Source: Terriglobia bacterium
GTDB lineage: Bacteria; Acidobacteriota; Terriglobia; Acidiferrales; UBA7541
Reading direction: 5' to 3'
DNA: 64,000 nt
Assembly: GCA_963695545.1 (NCBI GenBank)
Contig: OY968796.1
Coordinates: 1,536,001 to 1,600,000 of the forward strand
The notes below the pieces were generated by a model that worked only from the letters and a program-made list of their open reading frames with translations, was not told where the DNA came from and ran no database searches. The stretch's first letter is position 1, and each line of letters begins with the position of its first letter. Positions 48,257 through 58,368 of this stretch are shown here, one piece after another. The position numbers were made by a program, and so were the translations under genes.

Positions 48257-48898
48257 ATGGCTACGAATACTGAAAGCCCGCGTTTCAGTTATACGCGATG
48301 GATCGGTGTGGTTTGCGGCTGGCTGCTGACGAAAATTGTGAATGCCGTCGCCGCCACGGGCATTAATCCGAATTTTCTGACGTTCCTCGCACTGGTCGTC
48401 AATTTTGGCGCGGCGACGCTATTTGCGCTGGGCAAGTTTCGCTCGGCGGCCGGCGTGATTCTGTTCGCCGCGTTTCTTGACATGCTCGATGGCCAGGTGG
48501 CGCGCCGCGAGAATCGGGTCACGGCGTTCGGGGCGTTTTTCGATTCGACGCTCGATCGCTACGCGGACATGTCGCTATACATGGGCTTGCTCGTTTATTA
48601 CGCGGTGAACGGGCGCTCGAAATATGTGGTGCTGGCCGCGGTGGCCACGGCCGGATCGGTGATGGTGAGTTACGCGCGCGCACGCGCCGAATCGCTGATA
48701 CCGACGTGCAAAGTGGGCTTTATGGAGCGGCCTGAGCGCATGGTGCTGCTGATGATGGGAGGATTTTTCAATCGCATGGCGCCGGTGCTGTGGGTGATCG
48801 CGGTGGTGGCGACGCTCACTGTGATTCATCGCATCGTGTACACCTGGCAAGAGACGCGAGCGGGCCGCACGATCCCCGGAATTCGCCTCAGTATGTAA
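48257..48898 (+). CDS. CDP-alcohol phosphatidyltransferase
   Basis: NPNFLT, DMLDGQVARR..GAFFDSTLDRYAD, SYARARAE, GFMERPER. Confidence 0.92.
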   Translation: MATNTESPRFSYTRWIGVVCGWLLTKIVNAVAATGINPNFLTFLALVVNFGAATLFALGKFRSAAGVILFAAFLDMLDGQVARRENRVTAFGAFFDSTLDRYADMSLYMGLLVYYAVNGRSKYVVLAAVATAGSVMVSYARARAESLIPTCKVGFMERPERMVLLMMGGFFNRMAPVLWVIAVVATLTVIHRIVYTWQETRAGRTIPGIRLSM

Positions 48899-48910
48899 CC
48901 GCGGCACAGC

Positions 48911-49723
48911 TCAGGACATTCGCGAATAGTATTCGTCGATCGGGCGTGCCACGATCTCGCGCACGCTGTCGCGCAGCGCTCCGAGATCTTTTTCCTTGTC
49001 GAGATTCGCGGTTTCGATCGTATCGTGCAGGTAAACCACGACCGGCCCGGGCCGCATTCCCCATCCCAACTTATTATTGAATTCAAACGAACCGACCACG
49101 CTGACCGGCACGATCGGCGTGCCGGTTTGTAGCGCCATACGGAAGACGCCGTTCTTGAACAATCCGACGCGGCCGGTGAGCGTGCGCTGGCCCTCGGGGA
49201 AAACCACCAGGCTGACGCCCGAGTCCAGCGCCTCTCTTGTTAGCCGCCACATGCGTTTCAAATCCGCCGGGCGATGCGTGGCCGGAACGGGCACATTGCC
49301 GAAGCGCTTCATCATCCAGCCATACGCCGGAATCTCGAAGTGCGATTCGAGCTCAAGCCCACGAATGAATTGCGGGACCGCGCAGTACAGCACGAATGGA
49401 TCGAACAAATTTACGTGGTTCACGATGAAAAAACTGGTGCGTGAGGGATCGAAACCCGGCGCTCGGAGCGTTTCGATTTTCGCGCCGGCCAGCCGCATCA
49501 AGTGCTGCGTAAACTTTCGCTGAGTGCGGTCATGTTTGCGCGGATTTACAAACAGCGCCTTGGTGATGATCCACAGACAAAACACGAAGAAATAAGCGCC
49601 GCACACGATCCAGTGATAGAAGCTGCGCAGGTTGGTGAAGAAACCGCGTTTTGGGCGCTGCACGGGGCAAGGGAAAGGCGGTGGCCATGGTGCGCTGGAG
49701 ATCGGCGGGCCGGAGGACGTCAC
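48911..49723 (-). CDS. Lysophospholipid acyltransferase (PlsC-like)
   Basis: NHVNLFD (HxxxxD), FPEGQRT, FKNG, PIVPV; GTG start overlaps upstream stop (GTGA). Confidence 0.9.
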   Translation of the reverse strand: MTSSGPPISSAPWPPPFPCPVQRPKRGFFTNLRSFYHWIVCGAYFFVFCLWIITKALFVNPRKHDRTQRKFTQHLMRLAGAKIETLRAPGFDPSRTSFFIVNHVNLFDPFVLYCAVPQFIRGLELESHFEIPAYGWMMKRFGNVPVPATHRPADLKRMWRLTREALDSGVSLVVFPEGQRTLTGRVGLFKNGVFRMALQTGTPIVPVSVVGSFEFNNKLGWGMRPGPVVVYLHDTIETANLDKEKDLGALRDSVREIVARPIDEYYSRMS

Positions 49724-50631
49724 GCCATCACGTCCAGCGCGGCGGGCAAAACGGTGATGCTCTTGCATCGCGTGGTGAGCACTTCGCCATCGACCATCAC
49801 GTCGACCGGCGCGCCCGCCTCGAATTCGATGCGCTGGACCGCGCGGCGCGACGCCAGCGGATGCTTGATGTGCGTGCCGTCAAACAGGGTCGGGAGATTC
49901 CAAATCAAACCCAGGCGGCTGATGGGGCCCCAGCGCACGTATTCAAGCAAACCGTCGTCGGTTTTCGCGTCGGGCGCGATCATCATTTTGCCGCCGGTGA
50001 ATTTGCTGTTGCTGAAGGAGAGAAACAGGCAGCGCCGGTGATCGGCGTCGGCGTCGCCGTCCGCACGCATCGGAAACGCGCGGCGGTCGAGCGTGGCGAG
50101 GCATGAGAGGACGCCGAGCACGTATCCGAAAGCGCCCAGGCGCTTGAAGCGGCGATTGGCGAGCGCGGCGACGTTGGCGGCGAAGCCCACGCTGACGATA
50201 TTGATGGAATAGGTCGCGCCGCCTTCGTGTTCGAGCATCACTACGTCGCAGGGACGTCGGCGCCCCTCGACGATTGCGCGGGCAGATTGACTCGCTCCGC
50301 CGTGAAAAAAATCGCGCAGGAAGGAGTTGCCCGTTCCGACCGGCAGAAAGCCGAGCGCGGGGCGCTCGCCGCCGATTGCGTCCGGGAGCAATCCATTCAC
50401 GATTTCATACGCGGTGCCGTCTCCGCCGACGGCGATGAAATTGCGCCAGCCCGCGGAGTAGGCCGCGCGCGCAAGTCCGGTGGCGTGGCCGGGGCGCGAA
50501 GTGTGGTGCTCTTCGATTTCAAGACCTTCGGAGCGCAGTTTTTCAAGCGCTGCGGGAGCGTGTTTGCGCGAGCGGCCGCCGCCGGCGGCGGGATTCACGA
50601 TGGCGAAGAATTTCTGTTTCGCTGCGTTCAT
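49720..50631 (-). CDS. Diacylglycerol/lipid kinase family protein (DgkB/YegS-like)
   Basis: [35 protein letters not shown] overlap with upstream gene. Confidence 0.92.
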   Translation of the reverse strand: MNAAKQKFFAIVNPAAGGGRSRKHAPAALEKLRSEGLEIEEHHTSRPGHATGLARAAYSAGWRNFIAVGGDGTAYEIVNGLLPDAIGGERPALGFLPVGTGNSFLRDFFHGGASQSARAIVEGRRRPCDVVMLEHEGGATYSINIVSVGFAANVAALANRRFKRLGAFGYVLGVLSCLATLDRRAFPMRADGDADADHRRCLFLSFSNSKFTGGKMMIAPDAKTDDGLLEYVRWGPISRLGLIWNLPTLFDGTHIKHPLASRRAVQRIEFEAGAPVDVMVDGEVLTTRCKSITVLPAALDVMA

Positions 50632-52337
50632 ACCGCAACCACTTCGGATCGCGCGTGAGTTCGGCCGATCTCTTCGGCGAGAACCGTGCGCTTGATTTTG
50701 AGTGACGCCGTCCTTGGAAAGTCGCGGTCGTGGATCAGGTACCCGGCGATGCGCTTGTAATTGCGCAAGCGCTGATTACGCGCGGCGATATCGGCGCGCA
50801 GAGCGTCGTCCATCTCTCGGTCCGGTTCGAGGCGAATCACGATCACGAGTTCTTCGTCGGCCATGGTGTGCTTGGGCCACAAATAATTCGCGGCGAACAC
50901 GGAGAACTCCTTCACTGCCAGGCCCTCGAAGACGTTTTCGATGTCCTCGGGATAAATGTTTTTGCCTTCCGCCGTGACGATCATGTTCTTCTTGCGGCCG
51001 ACGAGTTGCAAGTGGCCTGCGTCATCGAGCTGCCCCAGGTCTCCGGTCATCAACCAGCCATCGACGATCGTTTCGGCGGTGAGCTCGGGATCGTCCAGAT
51101 AATGCGACATCACGGTTTTGCTGCGGACCGCGACTTCGCCGACGCCTTCGGCGTCGGGATTCGCAATGCGCACTTCCATGCCGGGCAACGCGCGGCCGAC
51201 GGTGTCCGCGCGAAAAGGCTTGAAGTCGTTCACGGTTACAGCCGTGCCAGCTTCCGTCAGGCCGTAGGCGTTGGCCACGGGAATTCCGAGATCGTAGAAG
51301 AATTGCAGCGTCGCCGGCTCGGTGAAAGCGCCACCGACGAACAGCGCGCGCAATTCGCCGCCGAACGATTCGTGCACTTGCTTGAGCAGGCGCCGGCTGA
51401 TCTCGACGTTGGGCTGGCTCCGCGTCAACCCGCGATTCGCGCGTATCAGAGTGTTCAGCATCAGGCGTTTCGCTTTCGATAGCTCAGCGAAACGCGCGCG
51501 CAGGCCTTTTTCCAGATTCTTCAGAACGAGCGGCACCAGCGTCATGTAGGTGATCTTGTAGCGCACGAATGCGTCGCGCACGTATTCGGGGCGCAGCGTG
51601 CGCAAATGCACCACGCAGGCGCCGCAGGTGAACGGGCCAATGAAGCCGACCATGAAATCGATCGCGTGATTCGTCGGCAGAATCGAGAGATAGCGCACGC
51701 CCGACCAGAAGGGAAACAGCGCCGTGAGCGCCATGCACTGCTCCAGATAGTTCTCGTGCGTCATCACGCAACCCTTGGGCCGTCCGCCGGTGCCGGACGA
51801 GTAGACGATTGAGGCCGGGTCTTTGCGTGCGCGCGGGCGAAATTCGGGTTCGCCTGCGCCCACGCACTCTTCCCAGCGGCGCGCACCGAAAAGCTCGGCG
51901 TTCGGCGGCGCTTCCGTGACGAGGACGAGCGGCAACGCGCGCGCGCCGAACGATTTTGATTCGGCGATCGCGCGCCACAGCGGATATTCGACAACGAGCA
52001 CGCTGGCCTTGGAATGCGCCAAGAGTTGCAGATGCTCTTCTGGAGTGAGTTTGTAATCGAGCGGCACGAGCACTCCGCCGCAATAAAAAATGGCGTAGGC
52101 CGAAATGAGCCACTTCGATTGGTTGGTCATGATGATCGCGGCGCGATCGCCGGCGGCGAAGCCGGCCTGTTCGAGGCCGGCGGCGAGCGGCAGCGCGATC
52201 TGTTTGAATTGCGCGTAGGTGAGCCGCGCGCGTTCGCGATCGCGATCGGCTTCGATCAGGCACACTTCTTCGGGCCAGCGATCGAGCGCGGCGCGCAGGG
52301 CTTCGCCCAGGCAGGAATATTGTTTCAGGTCCAGCAT
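50628..52337 (-). CDS. Long-chain acyl-CoA/acyl-ACP synthetase (AMP-binding)
   Basis: [32 protein letters not shown]. Confidence 0.92.
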   Translation of the reverse strand: MLDLKQYSCLGEALRAALDRWPEEVCLIEADRDRERARLTYAQFKQIALPLAAGLEQAGFAAGDRAAIIMTNQSKWLISAYAIFYCGGVLVPLDYKLTPEEHLQLLAHSKASVLVVEYPLWRAIAESKSFGARALPLVLVTEAPPNAELFGARRWEECVGAGEPEFRPRARKDPASIVYSSGTGGRPKGCVMTHENYLEQCMALTALFPFWSGVRYLSILPTNHAIDFMVGFIGPFTCGACVVHLRTLRPEYVRDAFVRYKITYMTLVPLVLKNLEKGLRARFAELSKAKRLMLNTLIRANRGLTRSQPNVEISRRLLKQVHESFGGELRALFVGGAFTEPATLQFFYDLGIPVANAYGLTEAGTAVTVNDFKPFRADTVGRALPGMEVRIANPDAEGVGEVAVRSKTVMSHYLDDPELTAETIVDGWLMTGDLGQLDDAGHLQLVGRKKNMIVTAEGKNIYPEDIENVFEGLAVKEFSVFAANYLWPKHTMADEELVIVIRLEPDREMDDALRADIAARNQRLRNYKRIAGYLIHDRDFPRTASLKIKRTVLAEEIGRTHARSEVVAV

Positions 52338-52382
52338 CGGCAATCGGAAATTTAGTTTTTCCCGCCTCGCGTCGCGCTGCGA

Positions 52383-52808
52383 TCAGGCGTTGAGCTTGGC
52401 CGTCATGGTGATCTCGGCCTTCAGCAGGCGCGAGATGGGGCAGCCGGCTTTGGCGTTCGCGGCGGCTTTATCGAACGCGGCTTGGCTCGCGCCGGGAATG
52501 CGCGCGACGACGTCGAGGTGAATCTTGGTGACCGTCCAGCCGGCTTCGATTTTTTCGAGCGTGACGGCGGCGGAAGTTTCGAGGCTTTCCGCCGTGATTC
52601 CGGCTTCGCCGAGCTGCGCCGAAAGCGCCATCGTAAAACATCCGGCGTGAGCGGCGCCGATGAGCTCTTCGGGATTCGTGCCGCGGACGCCTTCAAAGCG
52701 CGTGGCAAATGAGTACGGCGTGTTCGATAGCGCGCCGCTTTCGGTGGAAATCGTTCCCTTGCCTTCCTTGAGCGATCCCTTCCAGACTGCTGAGGCTTTG
52801 CGAACCAT
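52383..52808 (-). CDS. osmC: OsmC family peroxiredoxin
   Basis: YSFATRFE, TNPEELIGAAHAGCF, AKAGCPIS; GGAGG RBS. Confidence 0.93.
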   Translation of the reverse strand: MVRKASAVWKGSLKEGKGTISTESGALSNTPYSFATRFEGVRGTNPEELIGAAHAGCFTMALSAQLGEAGITAESLETSAAVTLEKIEAGWTVTKIHLDVVARIPGASQAAFDKAAANAKAGCPISRLLKAEITMTAKLNA

Positions 52809-52889
52809 GATGTTTCCTCCCTATTCGATTTGATATGAACTGTTCGTATCGGATTCAATCAAGCTAACTCGCCGCATCGGACTCAACGT

Positions 52890-53132
52890 TTACAGCCGGG
52901 CCTGAATGCGATCAGCGAGTGTGCGGAAATCGCTGACGCCTTGCACTTCGTAATCCGGCAACTCGATGCCGAAGTGGCTTTCGAGGCGCGAGAGCAATTC
53001 GAGCGCCTGAAGGCTGTCAATTTTGAGTTTGCGATAAAAATCGTCGTTCGGCGAAAGCTGCTCGCGCGGCACTTTGAAATGCGTCGCGGCGAGATCGAGA
53101 ATTTCACCGGTGGTCTGGTCGAGTGTTCTCAT
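52890..53132 (-). CDS. Acyl carrier protein
   Basis: 80 aa; IDSLQALEL phosphopantetheine Ser motif; LESHFGIELPD. Confidence 0.9.
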   Translation of the reverse strand: MRTLDQTTGEILDLAATHFKVPREQLSPNDDFYRKLKIDSLQALELLSRLESHFGIELPDYEVQGVSDFRTLADRIQARL

Positions 53133-53197
53133 TGTGCATCCGATCTCATCTTAATTTCTGGGCGCCCAATCTTATCGCAGCTTTCTGCGCCCGTCTC

Positions 53198-54001
53198 TTA
53201 CGGCAGATAGGGATGCGCGTCGGTGCTTTCGACGAACTTACGCAAGGCTTCCATCACTGCTGGCCGGCCGAACAATTCGCAAAAAATCTCCGTTTCGCGC
53301 CGCAATTCCTCGAGCGGAATTGGTTTCGCAAATTTCTTGCAGACCGCGCTGGTGTGCCGGTCGTATTTCAGCACTTGCGCCGCGGTGGTGCGCGCGAGAC
53401 GCAGGGCTTCGCCTTCGGCGGCCACTTGGCTTACGAGGCCGACGGACTGCGCCTTCGCCGCGTTGATGCTGCGGCCGGTGAAGAGCAGATCGCGAACGAC
53501 TGCGTTTCCGACGTCGCGCCGCAGCCGCGGGATACCGCCGAAGCCCGGAATGATTCCGAGGCGCAACTCCGGAAACGCGAACCGCGCCATCTTGTCGGCG
53601 ACGATGAGGTCGCACGTCAGAGCCAGCTCGAAGCCGCCGCCGAAGCAGATGCCGTGGACGGCCGCAATCGTCGTGAGGGGCGACGCGTCGATCGAATTCG
53701 CGACGTGGTGGACGCGCAGGATGAACGCGCGCATGCTTTCCGCACGCGCTTGGCCTTCGGTTGCAACCGACAGGCGATACAGCTCGCGTAAATCGCCGCC
53801 GGCGGAAAATCCTTCTTTGCGGCTGCTGTAAATGATCAGCGCCGCCGCATGCGATTCGAGTTCCGGCAGCGCATGCACCAGGCGCTCGAGTTCCTCGAGC
53901 ATCGCCGTGCCGATCTCGTTGCAGGGAGCGTAGTGCAGCTCGACTTCAACGATGCCACCGGAGAGTTTCCAGGAAAGCGTTTTGCCTTTGAAATCATGCA
54001 T
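53198..54001 (-). CDS. Enoyl-CoA hydratase/isomerase (crotonase) family protein
   Basis: FSAGGDL, AAVHGICFGGGFELALTCD, PELRLGIIPGFGG. Confidence 0.92.
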   Translation of the reverse strand: MHDFKGKTLSWKLSGGIVEVELHYAPCNEIGTAMLEELERLVHALPELESHAAALIIYSSRKEGFSAGGDLRELYRLSVATEGQARAESMRAFILRVHHVANSIDASPLTTIAAVHGICFGGGFELALTCDLIVADKMARFAFPELRLGIIPGFGGIPRLRRDVGNAVVRDLLFTGRSINAAKAQSVGLVSQVAAEGEALRLARTTAAQVLKYDRHTSAVCKKFAKPIPLEELRRETEIFCELFGRPAVMEALRKFVESTDAHPYLP

Positions 54002-54035
54002 GGATTTCGTGTGAATCCCTAATCTCGCGCATCGC

Positions 54036-55715
54036 TCATACGGCCGCGGTTTCGGCTTTCTTTTGATACATGGCTTCAATTTCCGCGCGGAATTGCGCGG
54101 AGATCGCGTCGCGTTTGAGTTTTCCATTTGCGGTCAGCAGTCCGGATTCGATCGTGAAAGCCGCCGGCTCGATGTGCAGCGCGCGAATCTGCTTGTAGTG
54201 CGGCAGCCCGCCATTGATGCGCTCGACTTCCGCTTCCGCCAATCGCCGCTCGATGGGCCCAGCGATGATCGCGGAAAGATAGCCGCGCCCGTTGCCGACC
54301 AAAACGACTTGTGCGGCGCCGGGAACCGAAAGCCGCAAGTCTTCTTCGATTGGCTCGGGCGCGATATTGTGGCCGGAATTCAAAATGATCAGGTTCTTGA
54401 TTCGTCCGACGATCCGCCAGTTGCCGGCTTCGTTGACTTCGCCCTGATCTCCGCTGTGGAACCAGCCTTCGCGCAGAACCTTGGCGGTTTCCTCCGGCCG
54501 ATTCCAATATCCAGGAAAAATATTCGGGCCGCGCACCAGAATTTCCTGGTTCGGGCCGATTTTCATTTCAACGCCAGGGACGGCGGGGCCGACAGCGCCC
54601 GGTTCGACGCGGCGCGGATCGTCCATCGTGCAAATGGCGGTCGTTTCCGTGAGGCCGTAGACCTGCAAAACGGGTATGCCCAGCATTTCAAAAAATCGCT
54701 GCGTTTCAGAGGCCAGCGGCGCCGAACCGCAAATCAGCGCGCGCAGATTCGATCCCAGCCGTTTGCGGATCGCAGGAAAGATCACCAGGCGCGCGAGCGC
54801 CAGGCGAAAAGCGCCGCCTCGCGTGCCGCCGCCGGCGGTGCGCGCGAACCATTCTTGTTTTGCGCCTTGATAAGTGCGCAGAATCATCCCGCCGCGTTTT
54901 TTCAGATTGTCTTCGATTCCGGTGCGCATGCGCTCGAGCAGCGTCGGAACGTTCAGGAAATAATCGGGCTCGGCCTTGGGAATGTCGTCGGCCAGACGCG
55001 CGAGATCTGTGGAAAGCGTCAGAACGCTGGGCCGCGACAAACACGAAAGCAGAAGAATCCACGAGCCGGCGAAGCAAAACGGCAAATAGTGAAACACGCG
55101 ATCGGCGCGCCGCGACGGGCCCATCAACAAATCGAGGCGCGCGCCGGTGCAGCTGAGCATGTGATCGAGATTGCGGCAATTCAATTGCACGCCCTTGGCT
55201 TCGCCCGACGTGCCCGACGTGTAGATGATCGTGACGATGTCGCTGGGTGCGAGAGGCGCAAGCGACGGCGTGTCGGCCGAAGCTGGCGCCGAATCGGATG
55301 GCGCGGGACGCGCGAAAATTTCGTCGAACAAAATGCGCCGCGGCGCTTGCGGCCACGCAGCCGCCAGGCCGTCGCCGAGCGCCGCATCGCCCGCGAAAAT
55401 CAGCGTGGGCTGCGCGTCGCGGAGCATGGCTGCCAACTCCGCCGGCGCCTGCCGCGCGTAGAGCGGCACGGTCACGATGCCTTCAGCCATCAGCGCGAGA
55501 TCGAGCGCCACCCAGCGAATGCTGTTCGGCGCGACGATCGCGCAGCGGTCTCCGCGCGAAAGCCCCGCCGCGCGAAGATACGCGCGCGCCTCGGCGGTCA
55601 ATGCCAAAAGCTCGGCGCCAGTGACGGAGACCACGCCTTCGGCACGCGCTTCCCGGAGCACCGGTTGGCCGGCAGCGCGGCGCAAATTCTCGAATATGCG
55701 TTCCAGGAAGGTCAC
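54036..55715 (-). CDS. Long-chain acyl-CoA synthetase (AMP-binding), second copy
   Basis: IYTSGTSGEAKG, YGLTE, SGDQG, GRIK, GHNIAPE; GTG at 55715 overlaps upstream stop. Confidence 0.92.
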   Translation of the reverse strand: MTFLERIFENLRRAAGQPVLREARAEGVVSVTGAELLALTAEARAYLRAAGLSRGDRCAIVAPNSIRWVALDLALMAEGIVTVPLYARQAPAELAAMLRDAQPTLIFAGDAALGDGLAAAWPQAPRRILFDEIFARPAPSDSAPASADTPSLAPLAPSDIVTIIYTSGTSGEAKGVQLNCRNLDHMLSCTGARLDLLMGPSRRADRVFHYLPFCFAGSWILLLSCLSRPSVLTLSTDLARLADDIPKAEPDYFLNVPTLLERMRTGIEDNLKKRGGMILRTYQGAKQEWFARTAGGGTRGGAFRLALARLVIFPAIRKRLGSNLRALICGSAPLASETQRFFEMLGIPVLQVYGLTETTAICTMDDPRRVEPGAVGPAVPGVEMKIGPNQEILVRGPNIFPGYWNRPEETAKVLREGWFHSGDQGEVNEAGNWRIVGRIKNLIILNSGHNIAPEPIEEDLRLSVPGAAQVVLVGNGRGYLSAIIAGPIERRLAEAEVERINGGLPHYKQIRALHIEPAAFTIESGLLTANGKLKRDAISAQFRAEIEAMYQKKAETAAV

Positions 55716-57202
55716 CGCGTTCCTGTCGCCGCGCTTGTCGAACTCGTTGCCGCGCTTGACGTCGCACCGATCGCGTTTGTCGTTGCCGATGCCGCGGGTT
55801 CGTAGGCGTCGATGAGCGCGCGCAGCCCGGGAGAAAGCGGCGGCAAATATTCTTCCCAATGATGCACGCCGGTGCGCACGGGAAATTCCGGATAGCGCGT
55901 ATGCACCTGGCGCTCCAGGAAGACGCCCATGCGCGCCATCACTTTTAGATTGCGCACCACGGTCACGCGAATGGCCTCCCGGATGGAATCTTCGTCGCGC
56001 ACCATCGTCTCCATGGCCTCGATAAGTTTTTCGTGGAGCTGCGGATCGTCCACCGTAAGCATTAGATGATTGTGGCCGCGCTCGCGCATCATGTTGCGGA
56101 TGCGTTCGTCCATCGTGACGCCGACGGAGACCACGCCTGCCGGCATCGAGCTGACGATGCCGTGATAGCGCGAGGAAACCATCCAGCGCGCGCAGCGCAC
56201 GATGCTCACGAGCTGGAACATATCGTAATGATCCGCCGCGAAAATCGGCGCCGGAACCTGCGGCGCGATCGCGTGGCAGGCGCGCTCGTCGAGACTTTCC
56301 ATGGCCACCAAAATGGTGAAAACGTCCTGGCGCGAGCGGAACGCATTCACGGCAATGGCCAGCTCGTCGAGATAGCGCTTGTAGGCGCGATCCACATCTG
56401 CGCCCGATTTGTGAAAATAGATCGTGCGGTAGTGGCTCTCTTTGTACGCCCCGAATAGCGTTCGCGCGAGCCACTTCGGGATCGAGGGTGTCACCGGCCA
56501 CCAGAATGGATTGATCGGGCACACGGCCAGCACGGGTTTGCGGCCGTCCCATCCGGCGTCGATCAACACTTTTCGTCCATATTCCGGGCCGTGCGGCTCG
56601 AAGGTCCATGCGGTATCGGTGCCCAGTTCAGTGGGCACGCCGAGCTCGCTCAATATCGCCTGCGATTCTTCGCTGCGCGGAATCACCAGCGAGCGGCTGC
56701 AATACCGGCGCACCATTTTCTCGAGCATGGGGTCCATCTCGCCGGCATCGCCGCCGTAGCCGACCGAAAGTTTGTTCTGCGCAGCGGCGATTCCAAGCGA
56801 ACCGATCATCATGGTCGTGAGCGCGCTCGCGAATTTGCTCTTGAACATCGAGCCTTCGCACGCCACCACGCCGTGATGTCGCGGCACTTCGCGGCGAAGA
56901 AACGGCGGGAAAATATCGGGCAGATGAACTTGTCGCGCGTCGCCGAAATATCCGCGTGAAAGCTCGAAGTTCTGCGTCATCACGGCGAGTTCCAGGCGCT
57001 CGGCGCCCAGCACCTGGCGCACCTGGCGCAGGATTTCGTGAACGCGCAAATCAGAGCCGGTGTTGCGCGTGCCGTTGTAGCCCGCAAAAAGCAATTTAAG
57101 CGGCTCGCCCGGCTGCCACGGCCGGCCCGCGCCGAGCATCCAGCCAAGCCGCGCCCGCTCGATGATCTCGCTGACCCACACCTCGAGAACGAAATCCATC
57201 AT
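55712..57202 (-). CDS. Polysaccharide pyruvyl transferase-like protein
   Basis: [15 protein letters not shown] and VSSRYHG resemble CsaB/WcaK-family end motifs; ATGA overlap with upstream gene. Confidence 0.65.
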   Translation of the reverse strand: MMDFVLEVWVSEIIERARLGWMLGAGRPWQPGEPLKLLFAGYNGTRNTGSDLRVHEILRQVRQVLGAERLELAVMTQNFELSRGYFGDARQVHLPDIFPPFLRREVPRHHGVVACEGSMFKSKFASALTTMMIGSLGIAAAQNKLSVGYGGDAGEMDPMLEKMVRRYCSRSLVIPRSEESQAILSELGVPTELGTDTAWTFEPHGPEYGRKVLIDAGWDGRKPVLAVCPINPFWWPVTPSIPKWLARTLFGAYKESHYRTIYFHKSGADVDRAYKRYLDELAIAVNAFRSRQDVFTILVAMESLDERACHAIAPQVPAPIFAADHYDMFQLVSIVRCARWMVSSRYHGIVSSMPAGVVSVGVTMDERIRNMMRERGHNHLMLTVDDPQLHEKLIEAMETMVRDEDSIREAIRVTVVRNLKVMARMGVFLERQVHTRYPEFPVRTGVHHWEEYLPPLSPGLRALIDAYEPAASATTNAIGATSSAATSSTSAATGTR

Positions 57203-58368
57203 GGGCGGCCACCTCCACCAATCGAATGCGCCGGCGCGATCTGCGCGGCCGGCCAGGGCCCGGACCAATCGCGGTAAGGATACGAGAAACGGTGCTCCAC
57301 ACTAAAGCGAAACAATGGATGGCAGTAGGTTGAAAACGGAGCGGGGGCGCGACCCATTTCCGCGACCACGCGCGTGTTGTCGAATACCGTGTTCCACGTG
57401 AGATACGGCCAAAAAACTTTCAGCAACGACGCGCCGCGGCCGATTCCGCTTCGCGATCGAGCGAGGCGCGTGATCAGTCCGTTCGCCGGCGATTCAAGGC
57501 CAGGCCAATAGACCGGCGGCATTTTTCCCGCGGCGCGCGAAAGCGTGCTCGTCAATTGGCGGAACGTTTCGGAGCCAGTGCCGGAAGAAAGATGATAAAT
57601 CTCGTGCTCGGGCCGCGGCTTCTGGTGCAGCGCGACGACGGAATCGGCCACGTAATCCACCGGAACGATATCGATGCGGTCGTCGGGGCGAAACGGCAGC
57701 ACCGGCAATCGCGCCAGAAAAACGAACGCGCGCACCATGTCGAACTGCGTGGTCTCAGGCCTGCGGCTATCTCCCAGCACGATGCTGGGCCGAAAAACCG
57801 TGCGCGGAACATCGGGCAACAATTCGCGCACCATGTGCTCGCAGAATTTTTTGGTGCGCGCGTAGGGATCGTAGTCCGAACGATTCCAATCGATTGAGGC
57901 GTCCTCGGTGACGATTTCGCGATTGCGCTCGCCGCACACGGCCACGGTACTGATTTCGCTGAAGCGCCGCAGCCCGTGGCCCGCGGCCGCGCGCCGCGCA
58001 AGCTGGATGACTTCGAGCGTGCCGCGAAGATTTACGTTCAGGCAGGTTTTCTCGGATTTGCGATTGAGCGAAGCCGCGCAGTGGATCACGGAATCGGTGG
58101 TGTCCGTAAGCCGGCGATAATCGGCGTCGTCCAGGCCGAAGTGCGCGTCGGTCAAATCGCCGCGAAAAATAGCGATGCGCGTGGCAAGCGCTTCGGCGAA
58201 CGCGTCGCGCTCCATATGCAATTGCAGCGCGCGCCAAAGCTTGCCGGATGCATCCGGCGAATCTTTCGCGCGCACCAGCACGTTCAAGCGCTCGTCGTGC
58301 CGCTCGAGCAGGCGCGCCGCGATGTGCCCGCCGATGTAGCCGGTCGAGCCGGTCAGGAAGAGGGCCAT
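57199..58368 (-). CDS. Extended SDR, thioester/fatty acyl reductase-like
   Basis: [27 protein letters not shown] (YxxxK), RPSIVLG, VPVDYVA. Confidence 0.88.
   Translation of the reverse strand: MALFLTGSTGYIGGHIAARLLERHDERLNVLVRAKDSPDASGKLWRALQLHMERDAFAEALATRIAIFRGDLTDAHFGLDDADYRRLTDTTDSVIHCAASLNRKSEKTCLNVNLRGTLEVIQLARRAAAGHGLRRFSEISTVAVCGERNREIVTEDASIDWNRSDYDPYARTKKFCEHMVRELLPDVPRTVFRPSIVLGDSRRPETTQFDMVRAFVFLARLPVLPFRPDDRIDIVPVDYVADSVVALHQKPRPEHEIYHLSSGTGSETFRQLTSTLSRAAGKMPPVYWPGLESPANGLITRLARSRSGIGRGASLLKVFWPYLTWNTVFDNTRVVAEMGRAPAPFSTYCHPLFRFSVEHRFSYPYRDWSGPWPAAQIAPAHSIGGGGRP

Noticed and set aside
54036..56609. 857-aa ORF suggesting a large fused synthetase
   Set aside because: The first ~298 residues are Arg-rich shadow of the overlapping pyruvyl-transferase-like gene; a GTG at 55715 with GTGA coupling gives a normal 559-aa enzyme
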